From positions 309 through 64,308 of the forward strand of contig JABURQ010000208.1 of the NCBI GenBank assembly GCA_014762625.1: DNA of 64,000 nt, given 5' to 3'. The notes beneath the pieces were generated by a model. The model was not told the origin of the DNA, did no database searches, and worked only from the letters and a program-made list of their open reading frames with translations. The position numbers and the translations under genes are program-made. Numbering within the stretch: position 1 is the first letter of the stretch; every line of letters starts with the position of its first letter. This DNA comes from Planctomycetaceae bacterium (GTDB lineage: Bacteria > Planctomycetota > Planctomycetia > Planctomycetales > Planctomycetaceae). Positions 21,037-29,784 of the stretch are shown one piece after another.

Positions 21037-21069
21037 GTGTTCTCTCTGGTGTGTGACCAAAGAGAACAC
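21037..21069 (-). other. Intercistronic stem-loop between pstS and pstC
   Basis: GTGTTCTCT...AGAGAACAC is a perfect 9-bp stem. It extends inward by TGGT/ACCA around a 5-nt loop, giving 13 bp with one mismatch. Confidence 0.55.
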
Positions 21070-21107
21070 AACCTGATTGATAACATGAAACGCTTGAAAG
21101 AGTCTGC

Positions 21108-22121
21108 CTATTCTTCGGCATGCTCTTCGTCGGTCGACTCCTCGCCACCATTTTTGGCGGCATCAACTCGGGCTTTCATTTCCTCCACCACACTCTCTTT
21201 AAGAGAGACGTAGCCCACCTCTTTCACGTACTGCTGTCCGCTTTCGAGGTAAAAGTCCACGAATGCGGCCACTTCGGGGCGTTCCAGAGCTTTGTGGCTG
21301 ACGTAGATGAAGAGCGGACGCGACAGCGGAGTGTATTCTCCACTTTCGACGGTTTCGTCAGTGGGGACCACTGCATCTTCAAGCTTGTCGGTCGGAGAGA
21401 CACCAATGGCCTTGAGTTTGTCTTTGTTTTCAATGTAGTAGGCGTAGCCGAAGTATCCTAGGGCGTACTTACTTTCCGCAATTCCGACGACCAGGATGTT
21501 GTCGTCTGCTGAGGCGGTGTAATCGCTACGGCTTCCCCCTTCTCCACAGATCTCTTCGACAAAATAATCGTATGTTCCGGAATCGGTATCCGGTCCGTAC
21601 AGATCGATCTCATGATCGGGCCATTCCGGGTTCAGGTCCTTCCACTTCTTGACTTTGCTTCCCTTCTCCCAGATCGATTTGAGTTGCCCGACTGTGAGAG
21701 CGTCACACCAGTCGTTTTCCGGATTGACCATCACGGTGAGGCCGTCGATCGCTACGGACAGTTCCGTGAATTCGATACCCGCTTCCTTGCAAGCTTCGGC
21801 TTCCTCAGGTTTAACAGGACGAGATGCGTCGCTGATGGCGGTCTCACCGCGAGCAAATGATTTAAAACCGCCGCCGGTACCGGAGGAATTCACGATCACA
21901 CTGACTTCGGGGTGGAGTTTCTGGAATTCTTCGGCCACTGCTGAACTGACCGGATAAACTGTGCTGGAGCCATCGATGGCAATTTCGCCGCTGAGTCCAT
22001 CCCCGTCGGCACCTCCGCCGGCGTTCTCTTTGGAAGTCTCCACGTTACAGCCCATGCAACCCATCATGGTGAGTCCCAGGGTGATACAGAGGATCGTCAT
22101 TGTTGATGCTACACTTTTCAT
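21108..22121 (-). CDS. pstS: Phosphate ABC transporter substrate-binding lipoprotein
   Basis: Signal/lipobox (LTMMGCMGC), GSSTVYP and SGTGGG motifs of PstS-type PBP, and an acidic C-terminal tail. Confidence 0.85.
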   Translation of the reverse strand: MKSVASTMTILCITLGLTMMGCMGCNVETSKENAGGGADGDGLSGEIAIDGSSTVYPVSSAVAEEFQKLHPEVSVIVNSSGTGGGFKSFARGETAISDASRPVKPEEAEACKEAGIEFTELSVAIDGLTVMVNPENDWCDALTVGQLKSIWEKGSKVKKWKDLNPEWPDHEIDLYGPDTDSGTYDYFVEEICGEGGSRSDYTASADDNILVVGIAESKYALGYFGYAYYIENKDKLKAIGVSPTDKLEDAVVPTDETVESGEYTPLSRPLFIYVSHKALERPEVAAFVDFYLESGQQYVKEVGYVSLKESVVEEMKARVDAAKNGGEESTDEEHAEE

Positions 22122-22214
22122 GGTCGGAAGAGTCCTGTTTTAAAGGCTGGTGTGGAAATGAGAGAGCCGAACCGTGCTCCCTGGTGTTAGACGAATGAAA
22201 AGCATAGGGGGGAT

Positions 22215-22256
22215 ATGTTAAGATCGGCTGCTTCATAATGTTAAGTAATTATGAAG
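22215..22256. promoter_or_regulatory. Repeat cluster in the pstS/HIT divergent intergenic region (candidate Pho-box-like operator)
   Basis: ATGTTAAG occurs twice (22215-22222 and 22238-22245), reading CTTAACAT on the pstS strand. A perfect 9-bp inverted repeat CTTCATAAT/ATTATGAAG sits at 22231-22239 and 22248-22256. Confidence 0.3.
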
Positions 22257-22398
22257 ATCTCAACGCGAAAGACGTTTCCCTAGTACCTATGAAATCAGCA
22301 AAGCCAGACCACGTTGACTGTTACGAGATGTTATACTCTGAGAATCGAGGCAATTCGAGTCACACGATTTAGTCACTTCATCACTTTCCGGGAATCAT

Positions 22399-22737
22399 TT
22401 GATGACAATTTTCACGAAAATCATTCAGCGAGAAATCCCGGCGGACATCGTCTATGAGGATGATTTGTGCCTGGCTTTTCGCGATATCAACGCCCAGGCG
22501 CCCACGCACGTGCTGATTATCCCCAAAGAGCCGATTTCCTCTCTGGATGCTTTGCAATCGGAGCATCAGGAATTGATGGGTCATTTACTGCTGAAGGTCT
22601 CCGAGGTTGCTGCTGAACTCGGGTTATCCAATGGCTATCGCATCACCGTGAATTGCGGTGAAGAGGGAGGACAGTCGGTGGATCATTTGCACATTCATCT
22701 GATGGGTGGACGAAAATTGAACTGGCCACCTGGATAG
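22399..22737 (+). CDS. HIT-family (histidine triad) nucleotide hydrolase
   Basis: 112 aa with the HLHIHLMGG histidine-triad motif. Confidence 0.85.
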   Translation: MMTIFTKIIQREIPADIVYEDDLCLAFRDINAQAPTHVLIIPKEPISSLDALQSEHQELMGHLLLKVSEVAAELGLSNGYRITVNCGEEGGQSVDHLHIHLMGGRKLNWPPG

Positions 22738-23034
22738 TCGTCAACTGGTGCCAGATACTCCTGAACTGTGGAGGGATCGTTTCTTTCGTTGGTTCGCAAG
22801 GCGAGACGAAATCGATCATCGGACTGGACTCAAATCCAAAAGAATCACCAGAACAGTGATGTGGCCCGGCAAGTCGCTCGTGTATATTCAAAACAATCCA
22901 CAGGAAGTGCTCAGCGATTCTATTCAAGACCAGATAGACAATCCTTTGAGGTATTTCAGAACTGCTTTGTCTTTATCTGCTGGGATAGTCTCCTGGATCG
23001 AAAAAGTCTGACTGTTGTCAATGAGGTCAAAAAA

Positions 23035-24402
23035 ATGAGTTCCGTTGAGATTTCCAAGATTGAAACGCAGTATGCCGAAAAGTATCCGCTGTCTCAGCAA
23101 CAGGCGATGGTTGCACGGGATGTGTTCCCGAATGGAGTGACGCACGACTCACGACATCATGAGCCGTTTCCGGTTTGTGTGTCTGAAGTCCACGGATGCA
23201 CAAAAAACACGCTAGAAGGTCATCAGTTGATCGATTTCTGGATGGGGCATGGAGCGTTATTGCTGGGACACGGACATCCCGATGTGGTCCAGGCAGTCCA
23301 ACAACAGGTGGAAAGAGGGACGCATTATTCGGCCTCTCACGAACTGGAGGAGCAGTGGGGACGGATGGTCCTGGAAATGATTCCTTCTGCCGAGAAATTG
23401 CGTTTTACCAGCAGCGGCACGGAAGCGACCCTGATGGCATTGCGAATTGCACGTATTGCTACAGGGCGGTCGAAAGTGCTGAAACTGGCAGGACACTTTC
23501 ATGGCTGGCACGACCAGTTAATTCTTGCGGCGGACAGCGTCCCCGCTGATGGTGACTGGCGACAACCGGGAATTACCGCAGGGGTCCATGGAGATTTGGT
23601 CGTCGTCCCTCCGAATGAAATTAATGCGGTGGAACAAGCGATTCTTGAGCATCAACCCGCCTGTGTGATTCTAGAGCCCACGGGTGGTCGTTGGGGCGTC
23701 GTCCCGATTCGAGACGAGTACCTCAGAGCGCTGCGCGAAGTTACGTCGAAGTCAGAGACTTTGCTAATCTTCGACGAAGTGATCACCGGATTTCGCGTGA
23801 GCCCAGGAGGCGCACAACAAGAGTACGGAGTCACCCCCGATCTGACGACTCTGGCGAAGGTACTGGCGGGAGGTTTGCCGGGAGGTTGCCTCACCGGTCG
23901 AGCCGATCTCCTGGATTACCTCGAATATGATCATCCCAGTGGACTCAAAATGAAGCATCCCGGTACATTCAACGGAAATCCGCTTTCCGCGTCGGCGGGG
24001 ATTGCTGCGCTCAAGGCCATCAAAAACGGAGAAGCGTGTCGTCAGGCCAACGAAGCTTCAGCGTATTTCCGCCAGGGATTGAATGAAATGTTCGCTGACA
24101 AAAACGTGAACTGGGTGGCGTACGGCGATTTTTCACTGACCAAAATCCTGCCCAATTACGAGGGTGATCCTCCGCGGGACGATCAATTTCTGCCCTATAA
24201 GAATGATGAAGACAGGATCAATCGACCCGTCTCGCCTCAACTCACGCGAGCATTTCGATCGGCTTCACTTCTGCATGGAGTTGATTTGATGGGGTGGGGA
24301 GCGATCATGTCATGTCAGCACACAGAAGAAATTCTGCAGACTGCCATTCAAGGTCTTGCTGAGGCGATTGACCTGTTAAAAACGGAGAGTTTGGTCCCCT
24401 GA
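23035..24402 (+). CDS. Class-III PLP aminotransferase (glutamate-1-semialdehyde aminomutase-like paralogue)
   Basis: Start at MSSVEISKIE (455 aa). FDEVITGFRVSPGGAQQEYGVTPDLTTLAKVLAGGLPGG contains the PLP lysine context of HemL-like enzymes. The N-terminal region diverges from bona fide HemL. Confidence 0.75.
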   Translation: MSSVEISKIETQYAEKYPLSQQQAMVARDVFPNGVTHDSRHHEPFPVCVSEVHGCTKNTLEGHQLIDFWMGHGALLLGHGHPDVVQAVQQQVERGTHYSASHELEEQWGRMVLEMIPSAEKLRFTSSGTEATLMALRIARIATGRSKVLKLAGHFHGWHDQLILAADSVPADGDWRQPGITAGVHGDLVVVPPNEINAVEQAILEHQPACVILEPTGGRWGVVPIRDEYLRALREVTSKSETLLIFDEVITGFRVSPGGAQQEYGVTPDLTTLAKVLAGGLPGGCLTGRADLLDYLEYDHPSGLKMKHPGTFNGNPLSASAGIAALKAIKNGEACRQANEASAYFRQGLNEMFADKNVNWVAYGDFSLTKILPNYEGDPPRDDQFLPYKNDEDRINRPVSPQLTRAFRSASLLHGVDLMGWGAIMSCQHTEEILQTAIQGLAEAIDLLKTESLVP

Positions 24403-24478
24403 TCCGATTCCTGCGTATTTTAGGAAAATGCACTTTGATAGCGAAAAGTCGATGACGACGTGAGACAGGTGATTTTCC

Positions 24479-25939
24479 ATGATGCGCTCCTTTGAATGCC
24501 CTCGATGTGGGGTAACCATCCAAGACTCGGGACAGTCCTATCCCGAGGCCTGTCCAATCTGCCACGCTCAGCTTGATGTCGCGGAGGCTGTCCACCTGCT
24601 CGATTTGGATGCTGAGTATCAGCTCAACGCCCCTCCTCAGGGGATGAAGGCGGAAGTGATCGAGGCGACACAGGACCGATTGATGCTATCGATCCCGGAA
24701 GGGGGCAAGAGAGCCAGATCACTGGGCTGTTTTGGCATGCTCTGGTTGCTGATTACCGGAGCGGTGACGTCCGTATTCGCCTTCGCCGGCATGGAAGAGC
24801 TCGCCAGGGAAGAGGAGTGGGGGCCTTATTTTGTCTTTGGGATATTGAGTCTGTTTTGGCTGGTCGGTCTGGGCATGTTGTACTTTGCCGTCAAACTGAA
24901 ATATACACGCGGGTATCTGTTTCTATCTCGAGAACGAGCCGTCCATCAGAGCATCTTTTTCAGTCGCAAAACGAATACGGAAATCATACTGAATGCGAAC
25001 AGTCACGCTCGGCTGGTCGAGTCCTATCAAGAAAATGAGTCACCCGTTTATCGCATTAAAATAGACACTGACGGCAAGGACATTCATTTTGGCACGGGGC
25101 TCCCACACGAATTGAAAGAGTGGTATGTTGAGACCATCAACAGGTTTCTGGCATGGGCCTACGGGGAGGCAGTCGATTCGACGGTTCCCCAGAGAGACGT
25201 CTTTGGAAACGTCGACCGCGGGAGCCTATGTCCCATGTGCGGTGCGATGGTGGACGAGCATCAGGGGGAACGGTGTCAATCGTGTGGTGCTCGTTGGGAA
25301 TGGGGCGGTGACAAGATTGAATCAGCCCGCCTCGCGGACGAAATTTCCCCGGATGCATTGTCGCCCTCCAGTCTTTGTTCAGTCTCGCGAACAAAACAGG
25401 GGGCGTGGGAACTCACGTACGCCATTCGACATCTCGCCGACAACAGCAGTGGGATTGGTGCGTTCCTGATTTTCGGTCTCCTGTGGGAAGGATTTATCAG
25501 CTTTTTTACAGTGATGATTGTTTCTTCGGGGGATATGTTCGGATTTCTGGCACTCCTGTTCACGATCCCTTTCCATCTGATTGGAATCTTACTGCTAACG
25601 GTGTCCGTCTTTGCGATGTTTGGTAAATTCCGGTTGACGTTGACATCCGACCGAAGTTCCGCGAAATGGGGCATTGGTCCACTCGGTTACACGATGCGTT
25701 TTGCCACGTCTTCGATTACGGACGTGTACGTTAAGCATGGTGGTGCGTTGTCTTCCTTCAAAAACACGACAAACAATCCCCCGGGTACATCCACATCGGA
25801 AGGCGTCTCCTGTATCCTGTTAGCCGCCGGAAAGCGGATCCCGGTGACCAGCGATGCCTCGTATTCGGAATCCCGAGAAATTGCCGGTGTGATACATTAC
25901 TGTCTCCGTGATCTGGGGCACCGTCTGCAGGATGAGTGA
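24479..25939 (+). CDS. Membrane protein with an internal tandem duplication: (zinc ribbon, 2 TM helices, beta-rich domain) x2
   Basis: CPRCG...CPIC near the N-terminus and CPMCG...CQSCG at about residue 250, each followed by two hydrophobic helices and a domain of about 80-100 aa. No family recognised. Confidence 0.5.
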   Translation: MMRSFECPRCGVTIQDSGQSYPEACPICHAQLDVAEAVHLLDLDAEYQLNAPPQGMKAEVIEATQDRLMLSIPEGGKRARSLGCFGMLWLLITGAVTSVFAFAGMEELAREEEWGPYFVFGILSLFWLVGLGMLYFAVKLKYTRGYLFLSRERAVHQSIFFSRKTNTEIILNANSHARLVESYQENESPVYRIKIDTDGKDIHFGTGLPHELKEWYVETINRFLAWAYGEAVDSTVPQRDVFGNVDRGSLCPMCGAMVDEHQGERCQSCGARWEWGGDKIESARLADEISPDALSPSSLCSVSRTKQGAWELTYAIRHLADNSSGIGAFLIFGLLWEGFISFFTVMIVSSGDMFGFLALLFTIPFHLIGILLLTVSVFAMFGKFRLTLTSDRSSAKWGIGPLGYTMRFATSSITDVYVKHGGALSSFKNTTNNPPGTSTSEGVSCILLAAGKRIPVTSDASYSESREIAGVIHYCLRDLGHRLQDE

Positions 25940-27335
25940 GACAAAGCCGGAGACCAAAGCGGACATCATCAACGGTCCGTTAGCGCGGGTGATCTTCTAT
26001 CTTGCGCTTCCGATTTTACTGGAAAACTTCCTGGCCTTCCTGGTCGGTTTTTACGATGTCATTCTCGCGGGGCGTATTTCCGAACATGCGACAAAAGCCA
26101 TCGGGATTACCTCCTACGTTGGCTGGTTGGCATCGATGTTGTTTGGTCTCGTGGGGACGGGAACCACTGCGCTTATCTCCCGGCACTATGGGGAACGACG
26201 GTATTCCGATGCCAATATATTTCTCAACCGATCTCTCGCTCTGGCGGGAGTGATCGGTGTGTTAATTGCCGGGACCTTCTACACGGCGGCTCCTATGGTG
26301 GCGCACTTGCTGAATATGCAGGGAGAGGCTTACGAGATCGCTGTCCGCTATTTACGCTTCGATTCGTTCGGTCATCTCTTTTCCGGCATGACATTCATCG
26401 GTGCGGCGGCTTTGCGCGGTGCGGGAAATATGCGTCTTCCAATGCTGATTCTCGGCTTCATGAATCTGGTCAATATTCTTGTATCCACGGTCTTGGTATT
26501 CGGAGTGGGAACCAATGTTGGTTTATCTCATCAATGGTTCTCCGGTTGGGGAGTGGATGGGATTGTCGCCGGTACGGTCTCCGCAAAAATCTGTGGGAGC
26601 CTGGTCATGGTGGCTTGCCTCATCCGCGGAAGTGGTTCCCTGAAATGGGACAGCTCCAAGTTTGGTTTGATGGACGATTACGTCCGCCGAATTCTGAGAA
26701 TCGGCAGTCTGGCGGTCATCGACAATGGAATTGTCTGGATCGGTCAGTTTTTCTTTTTGATGATTATCTCCCAACTCGACGCCGATCCGACGGAATCCTA
26801 TGTCTTCGCCGCACACGTGATTGGAATTCGAGTGGAAGCGATCTCATTCCTGCCGGCATTCGCCTGGGGATTGGCAGCGTCCACGGCTGTGGGGCAGTCA
26901 TTAGGAGCGATGAAACCGGAGCGTGCTCGACGCGCGGGCGTGGAAGCACTGCGACAATGTTCCGTGTTCATGGTTATTCTGACGTTAGTATTTTACTTTG
27001 GCGCCGAGGAGATTTACCGCTGGATGAGTGATGAGCCGAAGGTCTGGAAAGTTGGCGTTCCTGCGTTTCGATTTCTGGCAATGTTTCAATTGCCGTTGGC
27101 TGCAGCGATCATTTTCAGTACGTCTCTCCGCGGAGCCGGTGATACTCGTTCTCCCATGATCATTTCATTCATTGGGGTGACTTGCGTTCGGTTGCCGGTT
27201 GCGTATTTATGTGGAGTGACTTTGGGTTGGGGACTGCTTGGGGCATGGGTTGGCATGTTTTCGGACGTCTGTCTGAAAGCAGTTTTGTTCTCCTATCGTT
27301 ATTTGACCGGTACATGGACCGATCTGAAAATTTAA
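25932..27335 (+). CDS. MATE-family efflux transporter
   Basis: About 467 aa with 12 predicted TM segments. The N-terminus (GPLARVIFYLALPILLENF) is typical of NorM/DinF-like MATE pumps. Its ATG overlaps the upstream stop (ATGAGTGA). Confidence 0.85.
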   Translation: MSETKPETKADIINGPLARVIFYLALPILLENFLAFLVGFYDVILAGRISEHATKAIGITSYVGWLASMLFGLVGTGTTALISRHYGERRYSDANIFLNRSLALAGVIGVLIAGTFYTAAPMVAHLLNMQGEAYEIAVRYLRFDSFGHLFSGMTFIGAAALRGAGNMRLPMLILGFMNLVNILVSTVLVFGVGTNVGLSHQWFSGWGVDGIVAGTVSAKICGSLVMVACLIRGSGSLKWDSSKFGLMDDYVRRILRIGSLAVIDNGIVWIGQFFFLMIISQLDADPTESYVFAAHVIGIRVEAISFLPAFAWGLAASTAVGQSLGAMKPERARRAGVEALRQCSVFMVILTLVFYFGAEEIYRWMSDEPKVWKVGVPAFRFLAMFQLPLAAAIIFSTSLRGAGDTRSPMIISFIGVTCVRLPVAYLCGVTLGWGLLGAWVGMFSDVCLKAVLFSYRYLTGTWTDLKI

Positions 27336-27399
27336 TGTTGCCTGAAGAACGCTCCGTCCGCTTGATTTCGTGCCCCAAACCTTCATAATTGGCTGAGTA

Positions 27400-27514
27400 G
27401 GGATCGAAACGCTACCTCCAATTACGGTGGGGCCTTGTGAACCGGGTCAGGTCGTAACTGAAGCAGCCCTAAGCAATCCGTCTCAGGTGTATGCGGGGGT
27501 AGCGTTTCGCTCCC
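27400..27514 (+). ncRNA. ffs: Small bacterial SRP RNA (4.5S-type, ffs)
   Basis: A long terminal helix GGGATCGAAACGCTACC / GGTAGCGTTTCGCTCCC encloses the conserved domain IV core ACCGGGTCAGGTCGTAACTGAAGCAGCC (compare E. coli CCAGGUCAGGUCCGGAAGGAAGCAGCC). It occupies the classic position upstream of dnaX. Confidence 0.75.
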
Positions 27515-27642
27515 TTTTCTCATGCGCCTCAAGGTTCGCCTAAAATCGAAGAATCAGGGGCGAAATGTCCCCGCTAATGTTTGTATTCGGCTATCATGAC
27601 AACACAGAAAACTTGTCCTCACTCAAGATACGGTGATTCGCG

Positions 27643-29364
27643 ATGACGGAGACGTCGCACTACACAGTTCTCGCTCGACGCTTTCGACCACAATCTTTTG
27701 GAGACGTCGTCGGGCAGCAACATATCGCTCAGGCTCTCAAAAACGCGATTCTGGGAAGTCGAGTGGCCCATGCCTACTTGTTCACCGGCGCTCGGGGTGT
27801 TGGTAAAACTTCCACTGCGCGTATACTCGCCAAGGCTTTGAACTGTCCCCACGCGGTGGACGCGGTTCCTTGTAATGAATGTGAAATATGCACCAGCATC
27901 TCATCTGGGAATGATGTTGACGTGTTGGAAATCGATGGTGCTTCGAATCGACGGATTGATGACATCCGCGATATTCGAGCGAATGTTAGTGTCAAATCGA
28001 TGAGATCTAAGTATAAGGTCTACATCATCGATGAGGTCCATATGCTGACGACGGAAGCGTTCAACGCGCTGCTGAAAACGCTCGAAGAACCGCCTCCGAA
28101 TGTCAAATTCGTCTTCTGTACGACTGAGCCGCAAAAAGTTCCCGATACCATCCTTTCGCGTTGTCAGCGGTTCGATTTTTCATCCATCGAAACAAGTAGC
28201 ATTACTGAACGCCTGCGACAAATTGCGGAAGCGGAAGGGTATACGGTCGAGGATGAAGCGTTGGATTTGGTCGCCAGACGGGCAGCCGGATCGATGCGAG
28301 ACAGCCAATCACTCTTTGACCAGCTTCTGGCCTTCGGCGATAGTAATCTCACCGCCGATGACGTTCATCGTTTATTGGGAACGGCGGGAGACGAGCAATT
28401 AACAACCGCCTATGACGCAATCGTGTTTCGCGATCCTGCGAAATTGCTGGAATGTCTGGATGACACACTCAATTCCGGCGTGCAGTTAAGCGAGTTTTTC
28501 AATCAGATCCTCGGATATACACGAGATTTGATGGTCGTGGCGGCAGGAGCAGGAAAGGTCTCATTGCAATCGGTTTTTAACTCCCAACGACCTGTTTTGC
28601 AGGAGCAGGCGGAACGTTGGGGGATGGAGACCATTGTCACCGCGATGCAGATTCTGGCGGAAGCGAAAACGCAGATGGGGCGGTCGATCAATGCTCGTCC
28701 AATCGCAGAGTTAGCGTTGATCCGTCTTTGTCATCTTGGAGATTTAAAAACTTTGGCAGTAGCGATGAAAGCTCTCGAGCAGGGTCAGCCTCTGATGGTT
28801 AGGGGGGGGCAAACAGGCGCCACTCCGCCATCTCCCGAGAGAACAAACGACACTCAAAAAAAAAGTGAGAATCAACCACAGAATGCCGTAAAAGCAGGAC
28901 AAACAGGCCGTCAGGAAAGCACGGTGATCGATTTGAATGATCGAAACAGACGGGAATTTCTGTCGCAAGTGATTGCGAAAGTGGAAGATAAGGTTAAGCT
29001 GCACCTTTCGTCCAGTTCGGAAAGTGCAATTTCCGGGCCAAACCAACTGGAAATTCTCTTTCCAGTGAAGTATGATTTGTCGAGACGATACTGCGAGAAG
29101 CCGGAAAATCTCCGTTTAATCGAGAATACGGCTTCCGACCTCGCTGGACGTCCCATACAAATTCGTATCAAAGTTGATCAACAAGCGGTTAGTGAGGAGA
29201 GCTATGAGCCAAATGAGCCGCCTCCTGCCGAACGCCCCAGGCCAGTTCCCGCGGATCTCGATTCTGTATCGGACTCGTTGGTACATCAGGCCGTTGATCT
29301 CTTTAAAGCGAATTTAGTCAAGGTTCAGCCGTTAGGTAAACCTTCAACAAATCAGGAAGGATAG
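27643..29364 (+). CDS. dnaX: DNA polymerase III subunit gamma/tau
   Basis: Walker A GARGVGKTS, zinc module CNECEIC, DEVHML, and the SRCQRFDF sensor motif. 573 aa. Confidence 0.92.
   Translation: MTETSHYTVLARRFRPQSFGDVVGQQHIAQALKNAILGSRVAHAYLFTGARGVGKTSTARILAKALNCPHAVDAVPCNECEICTSISSGNDVDVLEIDGASNRRIDDIRDIRANVSVKSMRSKYKVYIIDEVHMLTTEAFNALLKTLEEPPPNVKFVFCTTEPQKVPDTILSRCQRFDFSSIETSSITERLRQIAEAEGYTVEDEALDLVARRAAGSMRDSQSLFDQLLAFGDSNLTADDVHRLLGTAGDEQLTTAYDAIVFRDPAKLLECLDDTLNSGVQLSEFFNQILGYTRDLMVVAAGAGKVSLQSVFNSQRPVLQEQAERWGMETIVTAMQILAEAKTQMGRSINARPIAELALIRLCHLGDLKTLAVAMKALEQGQPLMVRGGQTGATPPSPERTNDTQKKSENQPQNAVKAGQTGRQESTVIDLNDRNRREFLSQVIAKVEDKVKLHLSSSSESAISGPNQLEILFPVKYDLSRRYCEKPENLRLIENTASDLAGRPIQIRIKVDQQAVSEESYEPNEPPPAERPRPVPADLDSVSDSLVHQAVDLFKANLVKVQPLGKPSTNQEG
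28855..28891 (+). other. A9 slippery run in dnaX with stops in both shifted frames (candidate gamma-producing recoding site)
   Basis: CAA AAA AAA AGT GAG lies at codons 405-409. The -1 frame reads AAG TGA (stop at 28866-28868). The +1 frame stops at 28889-28891. Confidence 0.45.
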
Positions 29365-29367
29365 ATT

Positions 29368-29724
29368 GTGTTCAAATCGCTTGGAAACATCGCCAATCTC
29401 ATGAAACAAGCCCAGGAAATGAAATCTCGCATGGGTGAGTTGGAGGGCAAGTTGGCGGAAATTCGCGTCAAAGGAAGTGCCGGTGGTAGCATGGTGGAAG
29501 TAGAAGCCAACGGCCAGCAGAAGGTTTTCTCTGTCCGGATTGATGATTCGCTCCTCGATGATCGGGAGATGCTCGAAGATCTCGTGACTGCTGCTACGAA
29601 CGATGCGTTACAAAAAGCCAAACAGGCGGCCGCCGAGCAAATGAGCGAAATCACCGGCGGGATGGATATGCCGGGGATGGAAGAGATCATGAAAAATTTC
29701 AATCCCAATACCTCCGGTGCCTGA
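29368..29724 (+). CDS. ybaB: YbaB/EbfC-family nucleoid-associated protein
   Basis: 118 aa with a GTG start 8 nt after GGAAGGA. MKQAQEM...GGGMVEV-type core. Conserved dnaX-ybaB-recR synteny. Confidence 0.85.
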   Translation: MFKSLGNIANLMKQAQEMKSRMGELEGKLAEIRVKGSAGGSMVEVEANGQQKVFSVRIDDSLLDDREMLEDLVTAATNDALQKAKQAAAEQMSEITGGMDMPGMEEIMKNFNPNTSGA

Positions 29725-29784
29725 GACACGGCATCGTCTTCCACAAATTTTCAAGATGCTTACGAAAGAATCACGGAATGGACC

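Noticed and set aside
22748-23034. Two overlapping ORFs (87 aa, and the first 89 codons of the 544-aa ORF) in the HIT-aminotransferase gap
   Set aside because: Both use non-ATG starts in different frames and show no motif. Aminotransferase similarity begins only at the ATG at 23035.
28802-28809. G8 homopolymer inside dnaX as a second recoding or frameshift site
   Set aside because: The frame is intact through it (MVRGGQTG), and the shifted frames show no arrangement like the one at the A9 run. It is worth noting only as another error-prone homopolymer.
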